Assembly (NCBI RefSeq): GCF_009914755.1
Contig: NC_060947.1
Source: the human T2T-CHM13v2.0 reference genome, Homo sapiens
Length of the DNA: 64,000 bases
Reading direction: 5' to 3' (one strand)
Every line of letters begins with the position of its first letter. Position 1 is the first letter of the stretch. This document shows, in pieces, positions 14,106 through 33,063 of this stretch. Both the position numbers and the translations under genes were made by a program. Under the pieces are notes generated by a model. That model searched no databases and was not told the DNA's origin. It worked only from the letters and a program-made list of their open reading frames with translations.

Positions 14106-14559
14106 TGAATTTCTTTCTTTTTAAGGTTCTCAAAACGTCCTAAAGTCCCTGGCTTGCCAGGAAGTGACCTTCCTTACTCATCTGTAAGTCTGAGAACCCT
14201 GGAAGCCAGATACCATGCCAGTTTTCCCAAGTTTACTTTGTAAGCATTGGCTTTATAAAGTCAGCTTTGGTGCCTTAAAAGTATCTGTTCATATCTAATT
14301 GAATAAGCATAATTTTCACATATAACATCCTAGGCAAGTCCTTGGTTGTATAACCAATGTTTCCAATTATTCTCCAGTTAAAGGAGAATAAATTCTTACT
14401 GCAACTATGCAAATCACTACATTGCTATGAAAATAAAAATGTTCGATAAGAGTTTCTGAATTCTGAAGGGGTCAACAAGGAGAATAAAATATCATTTATA
14501 AATATTTCATTTCAGTTTATAAAAGCAGAGTCTACTAAATTATTATAAGTTGTAGATAG

Positions 14560-15195
14560 TGTAAAAGTACAAAAGTGTGATACCTTTCCTCACCAATCAT
14601 AAGGGTAACAGCCAAGACTCCTATAACAAAAGATAGGTTAACAAGAGACAAGCATGACAAATTTATTTAATCAAAATTTCACATGACACAGCAGCCTTCG
14701 GAAATGAGGACCCCCAAAACCTAGAGGAAACCATCTATATACTTAGGTTCAATAAAGAATGGATAGCCACGTAGAAATGTGATTAGACAAAAGAGTATGA
14801 CCTAATGGTAATAGATTGCGTGGGGGGATCCAGCAAGGCCTATCTGTTCAGAGACTGGTTGACTTCTCTGTGTAGCATTCCTTCTTCCTCAGTATGATAC
14901 ACGACCTCTCTGGAATGAAGGTCTTCAAGGGAAAGGGGAACAGGGAGAGAGTTACCTTTCTAGGTTTAATGGCTTGCTTTTGGGGAGAGGGGTTCTAGTT
15001 TTCATGACCCTCTTTGGAGAAGAGGAATTCTGGTTTCCATGACTTGCTTTGGGGGAGAACAAGGAGGAGGAGACAGGAGAATGTAAGAAAGATCAGAAAG
15101 ACCTTGCTTCTGAGGCCTTTCTAGTTTCCTTCAGTTCGAAGTATTCAGTATGCCAAGGTGCCATACTTCGGGGTATCATGTTCTGAGCCCCAACA
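14560..15195 (-). mobile_element. Solo ERV1 LTR (MER39-like)
   Basis: TG...CA termini; minus strand starts TGTTGGGGCTCAGAACATGATACCCC; 4-bp TSD ATAG at 14556-14559 and 15196-15199. Confidence 0.8.
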
Positions 15196-15282
15196 ATAGC
15201 ATAAAAGACAAAGGACTTCCTTATACATCTTGAAAAGAAAACATTAAAACATCAACAATATTATTTAAAAATTTACATCATA

Positions 15283-15576
15283 GGCCAGGCACAGTGGTGC
15301 ACGCCTATAATCCTAGCACTTTGGGAGGCCAAGGCGGGTAGATCACCTGAGGTCAGGGGTTCCAGACTAGCCTGGCCAATGTGACGAAACCCTGTCTCTA
15401 CTAAAAATACAAAAATTAGTTGGGTGTGGTGGCAGGTGCCTATAATCCCAACTACTCAAGAGGCTGAGGCCGGATAATTGCTTGAACCCAGGGGGCAGAG
15501 GTTGCAGTGAGCCAAGATGGCACCATTTTACTCCAGCCTGGGCGAAAGAGCGAAACTCTGTCTCAAAAAAAAAAAA
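15283..15576 (+). mobile_element. AluSx-like
   Basis: Full dimer with gatcacctgaggtcagg, an A-tail and an imperfect TSD (AAAAATTTACATCATA / AAAAATTATATCATA). Confidence 0.93.
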
Positions 15577-17859
15577 TTATATCATATCATTCAGTCTTAT
15601 ATAATTATTCTTGCTCCATAAGATCTTGTATTAGCAGAAGCCTATACCCAAAAGTACCTGTTGTAATCCTTTTCCATGAGGCTCTGAGACAGTCATCCTT
15701 TTTTAATGACGAAGCACTGAGGACTGTAGTTGATTGCATATGCTTTCAAGAAAGGATCAGAGTAAAACAAACAAAAAAAATATCTAAGACAAAAGACTAT
15801 GGTTAGTTATTACTGATAGCTTTCAAAAGTGAAAGGTCTAATGAGCATTTGTTGTAAGAAAAATGCAGCTGACAATAAAATTTGGTTTTTTCTTTGACAT
15901 GCAATACAAGATAGTTAAGCCTGCCGAAAAAAGTTTTAGACAAAATAATTATAAACAGTGATTAAATCTATTATTAAAGAAGATAGTGAAGATTACATCT
16001 AAATTATAAAAATAGATGAATATATCCTTTACAGAGAAAAAATCTTGAGATATATAAGTCTGAAATAATATGCAATAAATATACTAAGCATATAGTAAGA
16101 ATATGCCAAAAATATGTCAATATTAAGTAAAAAGATTCAGTAAGTATGGAATACACCACAAACATCTGTATATTAATAAAACTCCATAGTTAAGTGATGT
16201 GAATTCCTATTTGAAATCTAGTGGCCTAGAAGATGCCATTTTCAATTTAAAGTAGCAAAGTTGTAACCAAGTTAATATTTTTTAAAATAACTGAAATTAT
16301 GACTGATAACACTATACTGCTGTCATCTAATATCAGACAAAACACCACTAGCACTCTGATAAATAAAAATATATATCATGGACAGCAAGGGCTTTGACAA
16401 ATTTCTTGAAATTTCCCTAGCAGTATACCATTTCTGAAATATTTATACCAATAATATTTTAGCCACACAAATTTAACTTACAGAAGGCTCAGCATCTTTT
16501 CTGATTTGAAAACTATTCTCATAGAACTCATCAGCAGTAACATATCAATAAACCTAATTATTTTTAACACCTCTCATTTTACTAGATGAAGGAAAAAATC
16601 TTTGTGCCATTGCACAGGGCCTAAAAAGGTAATTTTAGTTGTAAAAGATAAGGTGAAAGCTTTATTTTATTTTTTTATATGCAGGATTAGACTTGGGGAA
16701 GGCAAAAATAAAAAACGTCATGGTATTTGAACATTTAAGATACAAATTGGATCATAGGTGCCTGAGAAATAATACTTAATTATTCATTTCAAAATGTCAA
16801 TAAAACATTAAAAGAAAACTTAGAAGATAACGTGATTGTAATGAATGTTTGTTTTTGTGAGGAAACTTTGTTTTCTTGAATGACCAAGGACATTATACAG
16901 ACAACATAAACCATAGAATCTTATTGTGGTATGACACAAATCTTTGTTATCTAAGCAGATTAACGGGAAACAACAACAATTACAACAATAAAAAATAACC
17001 TTTCTTATAGTAGGTGAAGGCAATGAACCAAGGAGACAGGCCTATCAATTTAAGCAAACTCTGCTAAGGTTTTTAACACAGTTCATAACTTTTCAAACTC
17101 AGGTATTATAAAGCAAGGGAAGTAAAATGTATTTCTACCTTTTGTCTATCATTATACTCCTTCATCTTCTGGAATAAACTGACACTTTACTCTAGGACCC
17201 ATATCAGGATGTCCACAAGGTCAGAATTAATTTCATAATATTATTAGTAACATTCAATGTGTTCATTGTTGCTATCTTTGAATTCATCAATAAGTGTGCA
17301 TTTTAAAAATTCCCCAGTTTCAATTTCCAATATAGTAAGTATCAATAGAACCTACAAAAAAAAAAGCTCTATGTGGTCCTCAATAAGCTTTAAGTGCACA
17401 AAGAGATTTGAAGAGTAAAAAAACAGAATAAAAAAAAACTCCTTTAGGAAGAAACTACTCCTTTCCATGGAAAATAAAAATACATCAAACACAGTTGTAA
17501 TTCTCTGAAACTATTACTCCTACATAGTCTCATTCACATATATTAATTTTAACCAAAGCAATTTCTACTTCACAGAGTAAACTTCCTTGCAGTGCATCCT
17601 TGCAATCTAGCAGAGCTCATGAATACACATAATACAACTTTCTACAGTCATACTTTATATGATTTCTCAAAGTTGCAAAATGAACATGTTCATTAACAGA
17701 CCCAAATATATCATCTCTCTGTAGCATATACAAATAAGAAGCAAAAGTATATAAGCTTAATATTATGATTAGTAATCAATATTTTGGCATTCTATCCTAC
17801 TTAGAAATGATCTAGATATCCAATGACTATCTATTAATTAACCCAAAAGGATATCAACT

Positions 17860-24061
<6,202 letters not shown>

Positions 24062-24625
24062 AAAATGTTATCAACTTAACGTTTTAAGTTATCTAAAGAT
24101 CTTGGAAATTATCTTCAAGCTGACATACTATAAAACATAATTACTGGTTAAATAAAGTTTGCCAGAATAATTATTCTGTTTGATTAAACACAAATTTACA
24201 TTCTTCATAATCTTCAACCTTAAGTAGATGCAATATTAGCTTATTCCCTCAGTAAATCTGTACAACTTTAGGAAGAACATGCCGAAGTATAATAAAATCT
24301 ACACTTCTACTTAATAATGATAAATCAGAAAAGACATAGGTCTTTTATTAAGCCAAAATATTAAGCTAGTCTCATTCACCAAGCACTTACCTACATTATG
24401 TGAACTCGAATTCTTAAAATGTTTTGAATTGGTTTCTGAATTCTGTGAGAATACTTTTAAAATCTAACATACCAAAAACATTAGAAATTCAATTTCCTTA
24501 TTTTCTGAGAATTTTAGGAATATTCTAATTACATAAGAATTTAACCATCTCTATAAGCGAATCCTCTAAGATACTTTATATTCTAATTTATTAATATCAC
24601 CCAAACATAGCAAAATATTATACCC

Positions 24626-24967
24626 TGTCTTAGTTTACTCAGGCTATCAACAAAGCACCATAAACTGGGTGGCTTAATCAACAAAAATTTTTTCCTCACA
24701 GTTCTGGAGGCTGAGAAGTCCAAGATCAAGGTGCCAGCAAGATAGGTTTTATTCTGAAGGTCTCTTCTCTTGACTTGTAGGTAGCTGCCATCTTGCTGTG
24801 GTGCACATGACCTCTTCTTTGGTCACAGTCCTATCAGATCAGGGCCCCACCCATATGACCTTATTTAACCTTAATTGCCTCCAAAAGAGCCTATCTCTAA
24901 TGCAGTCACATTGAGGGTTAGGGCTTCAACATATGAATTTTGGTGGGACACAATTCAGTCCATGGCA
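24626..24967 (-). mobile_element. MLT1A-type MaLR solo LTR
   Basis: tgtcttagt...cacagttctggaggctgagaagtccaagatcaaggtgccagca...acacaattcagtccatggca; TSD TACCC/TATCC. Confidence 0.85.
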
Positions 24968-26924
24968 TATCCTTACAAAAAAAGAAGTAAAGTTCCTTAT
25001 GAAGTACAGACACTTAGACATGCAGACACAGTAAGAGCTTATGGCATCAATTCTAAAATATCAGCCAGGAGCCAAGAGTAAACTCAGAAGTATATAACTC
25101 ATTGGTCCAAATCAATCAGATGGTCTCTTCCCATTCTTCAATTCTTAATTGAACTTGAGCTTAAAATAGACAAACAAACAAGCAGAAAAGACTAACAAAT
25201 CGGATTTTCTATTGTCCCTCAGCCAACAAAGATCACTAAAAACCATTAATCCACTTACAGAGATCACTAAATAGTCATACCACAAGACCAAATTCTCAAT
25301 GGGAAGCAACTTATTGGCCATAAACCAAAACAAAATTAGTAGAGTGCAAAATAAATATTACAAAAACAGTGTCAGCATAGATCTATTGCCACTTTGGATT
25401 CACCTTCTTAGAGCCAAGTAAAGACATGCTTGGATTAAACTGTTAAAAGATAATTTTCAGAAAAAGGTAAAATCATGGCTCTCATACAGATATAAAAATA
25501 AACATATCCTAAAGATTTTACTCATATATTATTAAAGAAGCCAGACATATGTTTTAACTGGTTTTTAAAGTCAAAAAATCACAAATGTATATAGAATAAA
25601 GTAGTAATGAGATGAAATGCAAATGGAAACAAAACTGATTTTTTTTTATGAAGAAGGGTGGCATAGGGTGAAGAAAAGTCAATTAATTCTCCACCCAGTA
25701 GCACAGACTTTAAAAATTCCAGTTATAACATAGCTGAAAGAAAATGAGCAGATCTAGAATTAAACAGGGCACAAGTTTTCCACTGAAAAATAGATTTCTA
25801 CTGAAACACAGTATTTTTTTCTACAAATAGAAATAATTTGGAACTATTTTAGAATATATTTTATAATGAGTTTTATTGGGAATATTTCAGATTCCATTCC
25901 TAATATGGTTTTGTACAGGTTAATCTTCAACTGAGTTAACATACCCTCATAGATAGTAGAGTTAACAAACATCACCATTACTATGACCACTACCACAACA
26001 ATCGTTACAACGATTCTTAGTCTGCATAGCACTTTACATACATTAATTCACTTATTCCCCACAACTCTGAGATAGGCACTAATATTATCTCCATGTTACA
26101 GGCAAATAAACGAAGACACAGATAACTGAAATAATCTGTCCATGCTTACAGAGCTAGCAAATGTTGATAGCTAGTCCACTGAGATGTCAGCTAGCTATTT
26201 GGAGACTCTCACCTGTATTTTAATAAGTTGATTAATATGATCTACAAAATGCAGAAGCTAAATTTCCTGAAATTGTTAACTGAGGAACATTATAGCCCAG
26301 GTGCTGTGCTAAGCACCTGAAGTATATATGTAAATGAAGCAACATCCTTGGCTTTGAGTTCCCAGTCTAGGGATGGAGACAGACATGTACTCAGATAATT
26401 ACAAAGCAATATTCAATAACAAAAGCTAGAATTAAATGATGCAGGGGCACACATTTCAAAGAAATGAATGCTGAATGAAAAAAAAAAAAAGGTGGGAGAG
26501 ATGGGCAGGATTGAGGTTGGTGAGGGCCTTGAATACCATGCTAAGCAACTTTGACTTTATCCTGAAGGCCAGAGGGGGCTATCGTAGGGTATTAAGCAAG
26601 GAAGTGACATAATCAGGATTCCATTTTAGATAGATTGCTCTAGTAGCAGTATGGAAAAAGAATTAGACAGTAAGCCTATATCCCAAGAGAACAATATATC
26701 AGTTATCTGATAATAAAAATACAAAACCCTCAAAACGTAGTGAACTATTTATTTAAGATTCTTCTGTGGATCAGCAATTTGGGCTGTGCTCAGCTGGACT
26801 ATTCCTCTGCTGTTCTCTCCTGGGCCTCATCCAGAAGTCTGATCATTTGTGCTAGCTCTTTCCTGGTCCTCTCTATACCCATGGGTTTTCACCTTAAAAG
26901 GGTAGCGTATTCTTCTTTACATGG

Positions 26925-27872
26925 TATGGCAAACAGAATAATGGCTCCGCAAAGGTGTTCATGTCCTAATCCCCAGAATTTGGGAATATATTATTTTATG
27001 TGGTAAAAGAGACATTGCAAATGTGATTAAGATAAGGATCTTGATATGATTTAGATTTTTGTCCCCTCCAAATCTCATGTTGAAATGTGATTGCCAATGT
27101 TGGAGGTGGGCCTGGTGGCAGGTACTTGGGTCATGGGGGCGAATCCCTCGTGACGGTCTTGGTGCCATCCTCATAGTAATGAGTGAGTTGTTGCTCTATT
27201 AGTTCACAAGAGTGCTGGTTGTTTAAAAGAGCTTGACATCTCTCTTACTTCCTTCTCTCTTGCTCCTTCTCTCACCATGTGATATGCCTGTTCCCTCTTC
27301 ATCTTCCCTGACGAATGAAAGCTTCCTGAGGCCCACATCAGAAGCAGATGCTGGTCCATGCTTGTACAGTTGGCAGAACCATGAGCCAAATAAACCTCTT
27401 TTCTTCATAAATTACCCAGCCTCAGGTATTTCTTTATAGCAACATAAAACAGACTAACACAGACCTTGAGTTGAAGAGATTATTCTAGATTATCTGGGTG
27501 GGCCCAATCCAATCACAACAGTCCTTATAAGAGAGAGGCAGAAGGATCAGAGTCATAAAAGGAGATGGGATGACAGAAGCAGAGGTGAAAGAGTTGGAGA
27601 GAGATTTAAATATGCTACAATGATGGCTTTGAAGCTCGAGGAAGCTGGGCCATGAACCAAGGAACCGAGGCAGCCTACTGAAGCTGGAAAATGTAAGGAA
27701 ACATTCTCCCCCTAAGCTTCCAGGAGGAAAGCAGCCCTCATGACACTTTGACGAATCCACTGAAAGCAGTTTTGGGCTTCTGACTTTTAGAACTATAAGA
27801 TAAATTTGTGTTATTTTAACCTACTAAGTTTGTGGCTTTTGTCTTTTATAACAGCAATAGGAAACTAATACA
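26925..27872 (+). mobile_element. MLT1D LTR interrupted by MSTB
   Basis: MLT1D-like start (tatggcaaacagaataatggctcc) and end (acagcaataggaaactaataca); perfect 5-bp TSD CATGG at 26920-26924 and 27873-27877. Confidence 0.85.
27042..27461 (+). mobile_element. MSTB-like MaLR solo LTR
   Basis: tgatatgatttagat...aaatctcatgttgaaatgtga...agactaacaca; TSD GATCT/GACCT. Confidence 0.88.
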
Positions 27873-30651
27873 CATGGCATTCTCAGGGCAACAAGAGATT
27901 AAATAAAAGCAGAAGCTACAAGCCTCCTGAGGCCTTGCTCAGTAGTTGCACAGTGTTACTTTTGCCCTGTTCTGTTGGTCAAAGCAAGTCATAAGGCCAG
28001 CCCAGATTCAGGGATAGGAAAATAGAATTCATCTCTTGACTGGAAGACCTATAAAGAAGTTGTTGCCTCTTAAAATGCACTGCAACAAGTTAGGGGGCAA
28101 TTAGAGTAACGCAGGTAAGACATGAAAAGGACTTTAAGGTGCTATAGGATGGATGGTAAGGAATGGAGAATTTCAAAACATACTTAGTAGGTAAAACCAT
28201 CAAAATTTGATGATTAATTGAATGCAGAGGGTGAGGAAGATGAAACATATTTGATCCTCACATCAAACCTGTGAAGTTAAGTAAACATTATCATCTACCT
28301 TTAGCAGAAGAGGAAACTGAAGCCCAGAGAGGTTAAATCATTTGCTTGATGTCCCATAGCTTGAACTAGAACATAAAATTCCTGACCCATGATCTTTTCT
28401 TCTGGTTGGACTATGTTGCTTACATATCCCTTCCCCTTCCTCATCCCCTCCTGAGATCTCATATTAATGGACATATGCCGCCACTTACTCTTCCATCTGG
28501 AATGGGTACCCTTGTTCACTTCTATTCTTGTGACTTTATGTAACTGGTACAGCAACATCAACACCTTCCATGTCAGCTAATATAGAAAAATCAAAGGAGA
28601 AACTAATAATAAAAAGGCAGATCCAAATAAGCCACTTTTTAGTAATCACATCAATAGAACACTACACATAATATGATGAATTGATTAAGATTTCATTTGG
28701 GAGGCTGTGATTTGTAAAGGAAAAATGACCTTTAAGGCATTTTTCCCCTGGAAATGAGACTAGTTCCTCTTTATCTCCTTGTGAATCATTAGTGAGCTGA
28801 GGAATCAACGAACACTGAAAGTTGAGGAAGGTTAGCTTCATTTCTTAAGAGCTATTATATCATGTAGCTAGTTTCCTTAGCAACAGTGTACATATCTCCC
28901 CACATGGTATCTTGAAAATTGCAAAGACAAATATGGTAGGTGCCATTCTTAAAGTTATCAAAAAACTGCTTCTAAATGATCCTACTTTGAATTTCCATGT
29001 AAAAAACTTATTCTAATTTTTTGTCTAATCATTGTAGACAAGGACTGTAACATTTTATAAATCAATGGATACATGAGGTAGTTAAGCAACAAAAAGAGGT
29101 ATCGTATTTTCAGGGAAAAATGTGTCAGATCCAAAGGAAACTTTCAGATTGGAAATCCTCATGCCACCAAATACAGAAGATCATGTCTTTTAGAGCATGA
29201 ATATTATTTGCATGAGGCTTACAGCTAGATGATATTAGCCTATGGACTTTTTCCTACGGTAGGAAATCTAGCCAATATAGGATAAGTGTTCAATAAATGC
29301 TGGTTGCTATTATTATTATAATTGGAAATTTACAGAAAATAATCTAAAAATAGAATTGCAGCTGCTTCCTTGGTATGTATTATCCATGCATAGAAACTCA
29401 TGGTGTGTTTAGGCCTCAAGTTACAAAAAAGTAGCTATAGTAACAACATAAAAGCTACCCTTTATGGAGCATTACTATGACTCAGACATTGTGTTAGGCA
29501 TCTTAACGTACCATATCATTTAGTCATCACAAAACATTGTACAATAGATACTACTACCTTCACAATTGTATAAATGAAGAAATTAAGGTGAATAGAATAA
29601 GTGTCTTGACCAAATACCCACAACTAGAAAGTGAGAAAGCTGGAAATTGAATCCAGAGATCAAATCCTTTTCTGCCTAACTCAAATGCCATGTTCTTAGT
29701 CAATTGCTCTTTCACCTGTGCTGCAATGTCTGCATACAATATTCTCTAATGATGTTTCATCTAAGGCCAGGAGGACAGTTAGAGGACTGGGAAATAGATT
29801 CCCACTTAACTGTGACTTCTCTCCCAATCCTTTTAATTCCCCACCTCATGTATCCTGACTCTGCTCTGGAAAATTTAAATGCAGCCTGCTAATATTCAGT
29901 ATGTACTAGGAATGTGCAAAGATGTAAGAACAGGAAATGGTTCCCTTCTTGAAGGAGTTCATAATCTAGGTAGAGACATTAAGGATAACACATTAAATAA
30001 CGAGAATCATAGATGACTGAATAAAAACAGTATCAAATTGGTCATTTTAAAATTTTGAGACATGTGGCGCTTTAGCCACATAAATCAGTAAAACAGAAAG
30101 GATAGGTCAGCCCAGGACTAGGGTGAGGGGGCCTGGCACAGCTGGAGGGCATGATTCTGGATGGTTAGCGATCATTCCAGTGTGTCTTATTTAAAGAGAT
30201 GTGCTATCTGAAGGGATGTGGTTGATCTGGACTATGGTAAATAGCCAAGGAGCACCAATCTGGTGTTTAGGACTGGTAATACTTCAAAGCAGATGAAGTG
30301 CTAACAATGTGTTTATTGACGATGAATAAATATAGGACACCACATCCACCCCCCCCACAAAAGTAATAAAATCGAGGGACTAGAAAAAATTAGAGTGTCA
30401 TGGTCCTGGCCAAATGGACTGGAGTTCAAATCCATCCATGAGGGAATTTGTAAGAATTTTGTAAACATGGCAGGGAGAAGACTGTGACTTAGGGCACATG
30501 TGAATACCTAGGGCTCACCTTAAGGATAACATAGGCTAGCCCTGTTATCTGGTTTCCTCTCCGGGGACCAGGAAAAACCTAGCCAGGTACCCCTGGATAC
30601 GGGTTTCTGGGAGCCAGGTGTAGCTAAAACAGGGTATTTACTTTAGGTGGC

Positions 30652-31079
30652 TATGTTAGTCCACTTTGCATTACTATAAAGGACTACCTGAGACTAAGTA
30701 ATTTATTGAGAAAATAAGTTTATTTGGCTCATGGTTCTGCAGGCTGTAAAAGCATAGCACCCACATCTACTAGGCTCCTGATGAGGACTTAGGAAGCTTT
30801 TACTCATGGAGGAAGGTGAAGGGGAAGTAGGGGAGTAGGTTTGTCCTGTGGTGAGAGAGGAAGTGAGAAAAAGGGGGGGAAATGTCAGGCTCTTTAAATA
30901 GCCAGTTCTTACATGAACTAATAGAGCTCTCGAGAGCTCATTACCACGAGAATGGCACCAAGCCCTTCATAAGGGTTCTGTCCTCATGACACAAGCAACT
31001 CCCACTAGGCCCCACTTTCAACCTTGGGGTTCACATATCAACATGAGATTTAGAGGGGACAAACATCCAAACTATATCA
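30652..31079 (-). mobile_element. MSTB-like MaLR solo LTR
   Basis: MST consensus text; perfect TSD GTGGC at 30647-30651 and 31080-31084. Confidence 0.88.
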
Positions 31080-32053
31080 GTGGCCTAAACCAACATAGCT
31101 CAAAAAAAAAAAAAAAACACCAAAATTTCAGTCAAGGAAGGAAGGCAAAGTTCTTGGTAAAAATGCATTATTAAATGCCAATCCTGAGGTTTGAAGCAGG
31201 ACTATAAGTGGGAGAAAGAATAATGAGATTAAGTGGCAGAGGAATCAGCAGTTGATTAGGCAGTGCTCAGAGTGGGTAGAAGCAAGCTATTTAGGGCTGC
31301 GATGTGTACGGAGAGAGATTGATTGACCCTTTTGTTTATATGATGCCAGCTGACTGCTTGGGAACTATAGCGGACATGGTAGCTTAAAGAATATCAAGAC
31401 AGGAAGATGAATTCCAGACCCACCCATGGATAGGATGGACTGTTCTAATGTACTGTCTGCTGAAGTCAGAATTGGCTTAGAAACTGCAAAGGCATATTAT
31501 GGCACATGCATATAAGTACACCTGAAGATTGAATCAATATTATGTCTTATTCATATATACACCACTGGCATGTTTGAGTTGTGTACAAATGCTGTTATGA
31601 TGAATAAAATACCAATTTATGTTAAAGCATTAGTGAATTAGTAGCTATTTTTCTCATTATATATTTTTCTTCAAAATTGCATAGTAAAAATAAGAGTGGT
31701 AATCCAGGGAATTCTTGACATTGTTAGGACCAGAATTTAGAGGCCCTTTTCTATGGAATCACTACATTAATTATGTAGTTATATAAGCCAACAGTTTTTC
31801 CCTCCTGCTTCCTGAGATTCAGATCAGACAATAAGGATTTGGTTCCTACCAGAGATGTTTAAGGGAGGGGAGTAGACACAGCATCAGACTGACTCCAAGT
31901 GTTGCTTCTCCCATAACTTGTCATCTTCTACAATATTTAAGATCTTTTACATTACACAATCATCATCATTGTTGTCATTGCCACTATCATTATCATCATT
32001 ATTATTATCTGTATTTGTATAACACTCTGCACTTTGCAAAGTGCTCTTATCTT

Positions 32054-33063
32054 CAGAGGTCGATTTGCAATGAAGCTAATGAGGCATAAGCCTTACAAAC
32101 CCCCTCCAAACCTCCTAGAGTAGCTTTAGCAATGCTTTTATCTGACTATATGTTTTTGTAAAGCTTTCCGAAGATATTTTAACTAAACTTAACTTAGACA
32201 CTTTTTCTCTTGTCTGGTAGCATTGGAGTGACCATGAAAATTTTAGGGCTTTAGTTAAGTAAAATTTGAGTTGGTGAAATATTTAATTTGGGTTTAGTAG
32301 GACATTTTCAGTGCACAGTCACCTCTGTATATAGTTAGATTATGCTAGCCACCCCAGTATCAAATGACTTCCAAGAAATCATCCTGCCACCCACTGTGCT
32401 GACTAAACCAAGGGCCAGAGGCCACAGAACCAGAAGTCATTTCAGGATAATAACATGTCCTTAAGTGATTGGCAACAGAAGTAGAAGTGAATGTAAGAGA
32501 AATAAGCTTTGAAATATAGAGAGCTAAAATCAGTCTGTGAAAAAATACTTTATATCTAAAAGAAAATTGAGAGAAAACTGATTTTTAAAATGGGTAGGTG
32601 TTCCCCAAATTTGACAGCAATTCTCAAACTTTACATGACATTAGCAATAACAATTATAAACCTGAAGAAAATTCCTAAACTTATTAATAAAAAACAAATC
32701 TCAATCAACCATGCTAGAGGAACTATTGAATTCCCTTTCCATTCTGTTTATAGAAAATATTACGAAGTTGTCATATGAAGAGAAAAACAAAGTATATGCA
32801 ATACAAGTATAAGTTATAAAAGTTATTATTGAAGTATGTCAGGCAGTTAATTCATGAAAATATGTAGGGTTTTTTTTCTGGATTTTGTGATGTTTGTGGC
32901 ATTTATCATCTTTTAAAATGTGTTACATATACCAGTTTATTTTCTCATCCTAAAAATAATCAATTTTATACTTAATTTTGTATTTGTAATCTTGCATTCT
33001 TCTTAAGACAATCCCCCTTGACTTGTATAAACTTTAGACACACAAAACCTGGATTAATCCCGG
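32054..33063 (+). mobile_element. hAT-Tip100 DNA transposon fossil (Zaphod/MER115-like)
   Basis: Termini resemble CAGAGGCGGATTT...GAAGCTAATGA and ...CACAAAACCTGGAT. ORF 32590-32778 contains SPNLTAILKLYMTLAIT, resembling the hAT C-terminal dimerisation domain. Confidence 0.7.

Larger units (their letters stand above)
26695..28084 (-). mobile_element. Old MLT1 (H/I/J-like) LTR interrupted by MLT1D
   Basis: ctgtggatcagcaatttgggctgtgctcagctgg on the left and ttggtcaaagcaagtcataaggccagcccagattcaggg on the right. Confidence 0.7.
26280..28240. mobile_element. Degenerate L2 remnant split by nested MaLR LTRs
   Basis: L2-like text (ggtgctgtgctaagcac...gagttcccagtctagggatggagacagac...ggccttgaataccatgctaagcaactttgactttatcctg) at ~26280-26680 resumes at ~28090-28240. 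Confidence 0.55.

Noticed and set aside
27042-31079. Two inverted MSTB LTRs as one element or a long dsRNA stem
   Set aside because: Each has its own TSD and they are substantially diverged, so they are independent solo LTRs.
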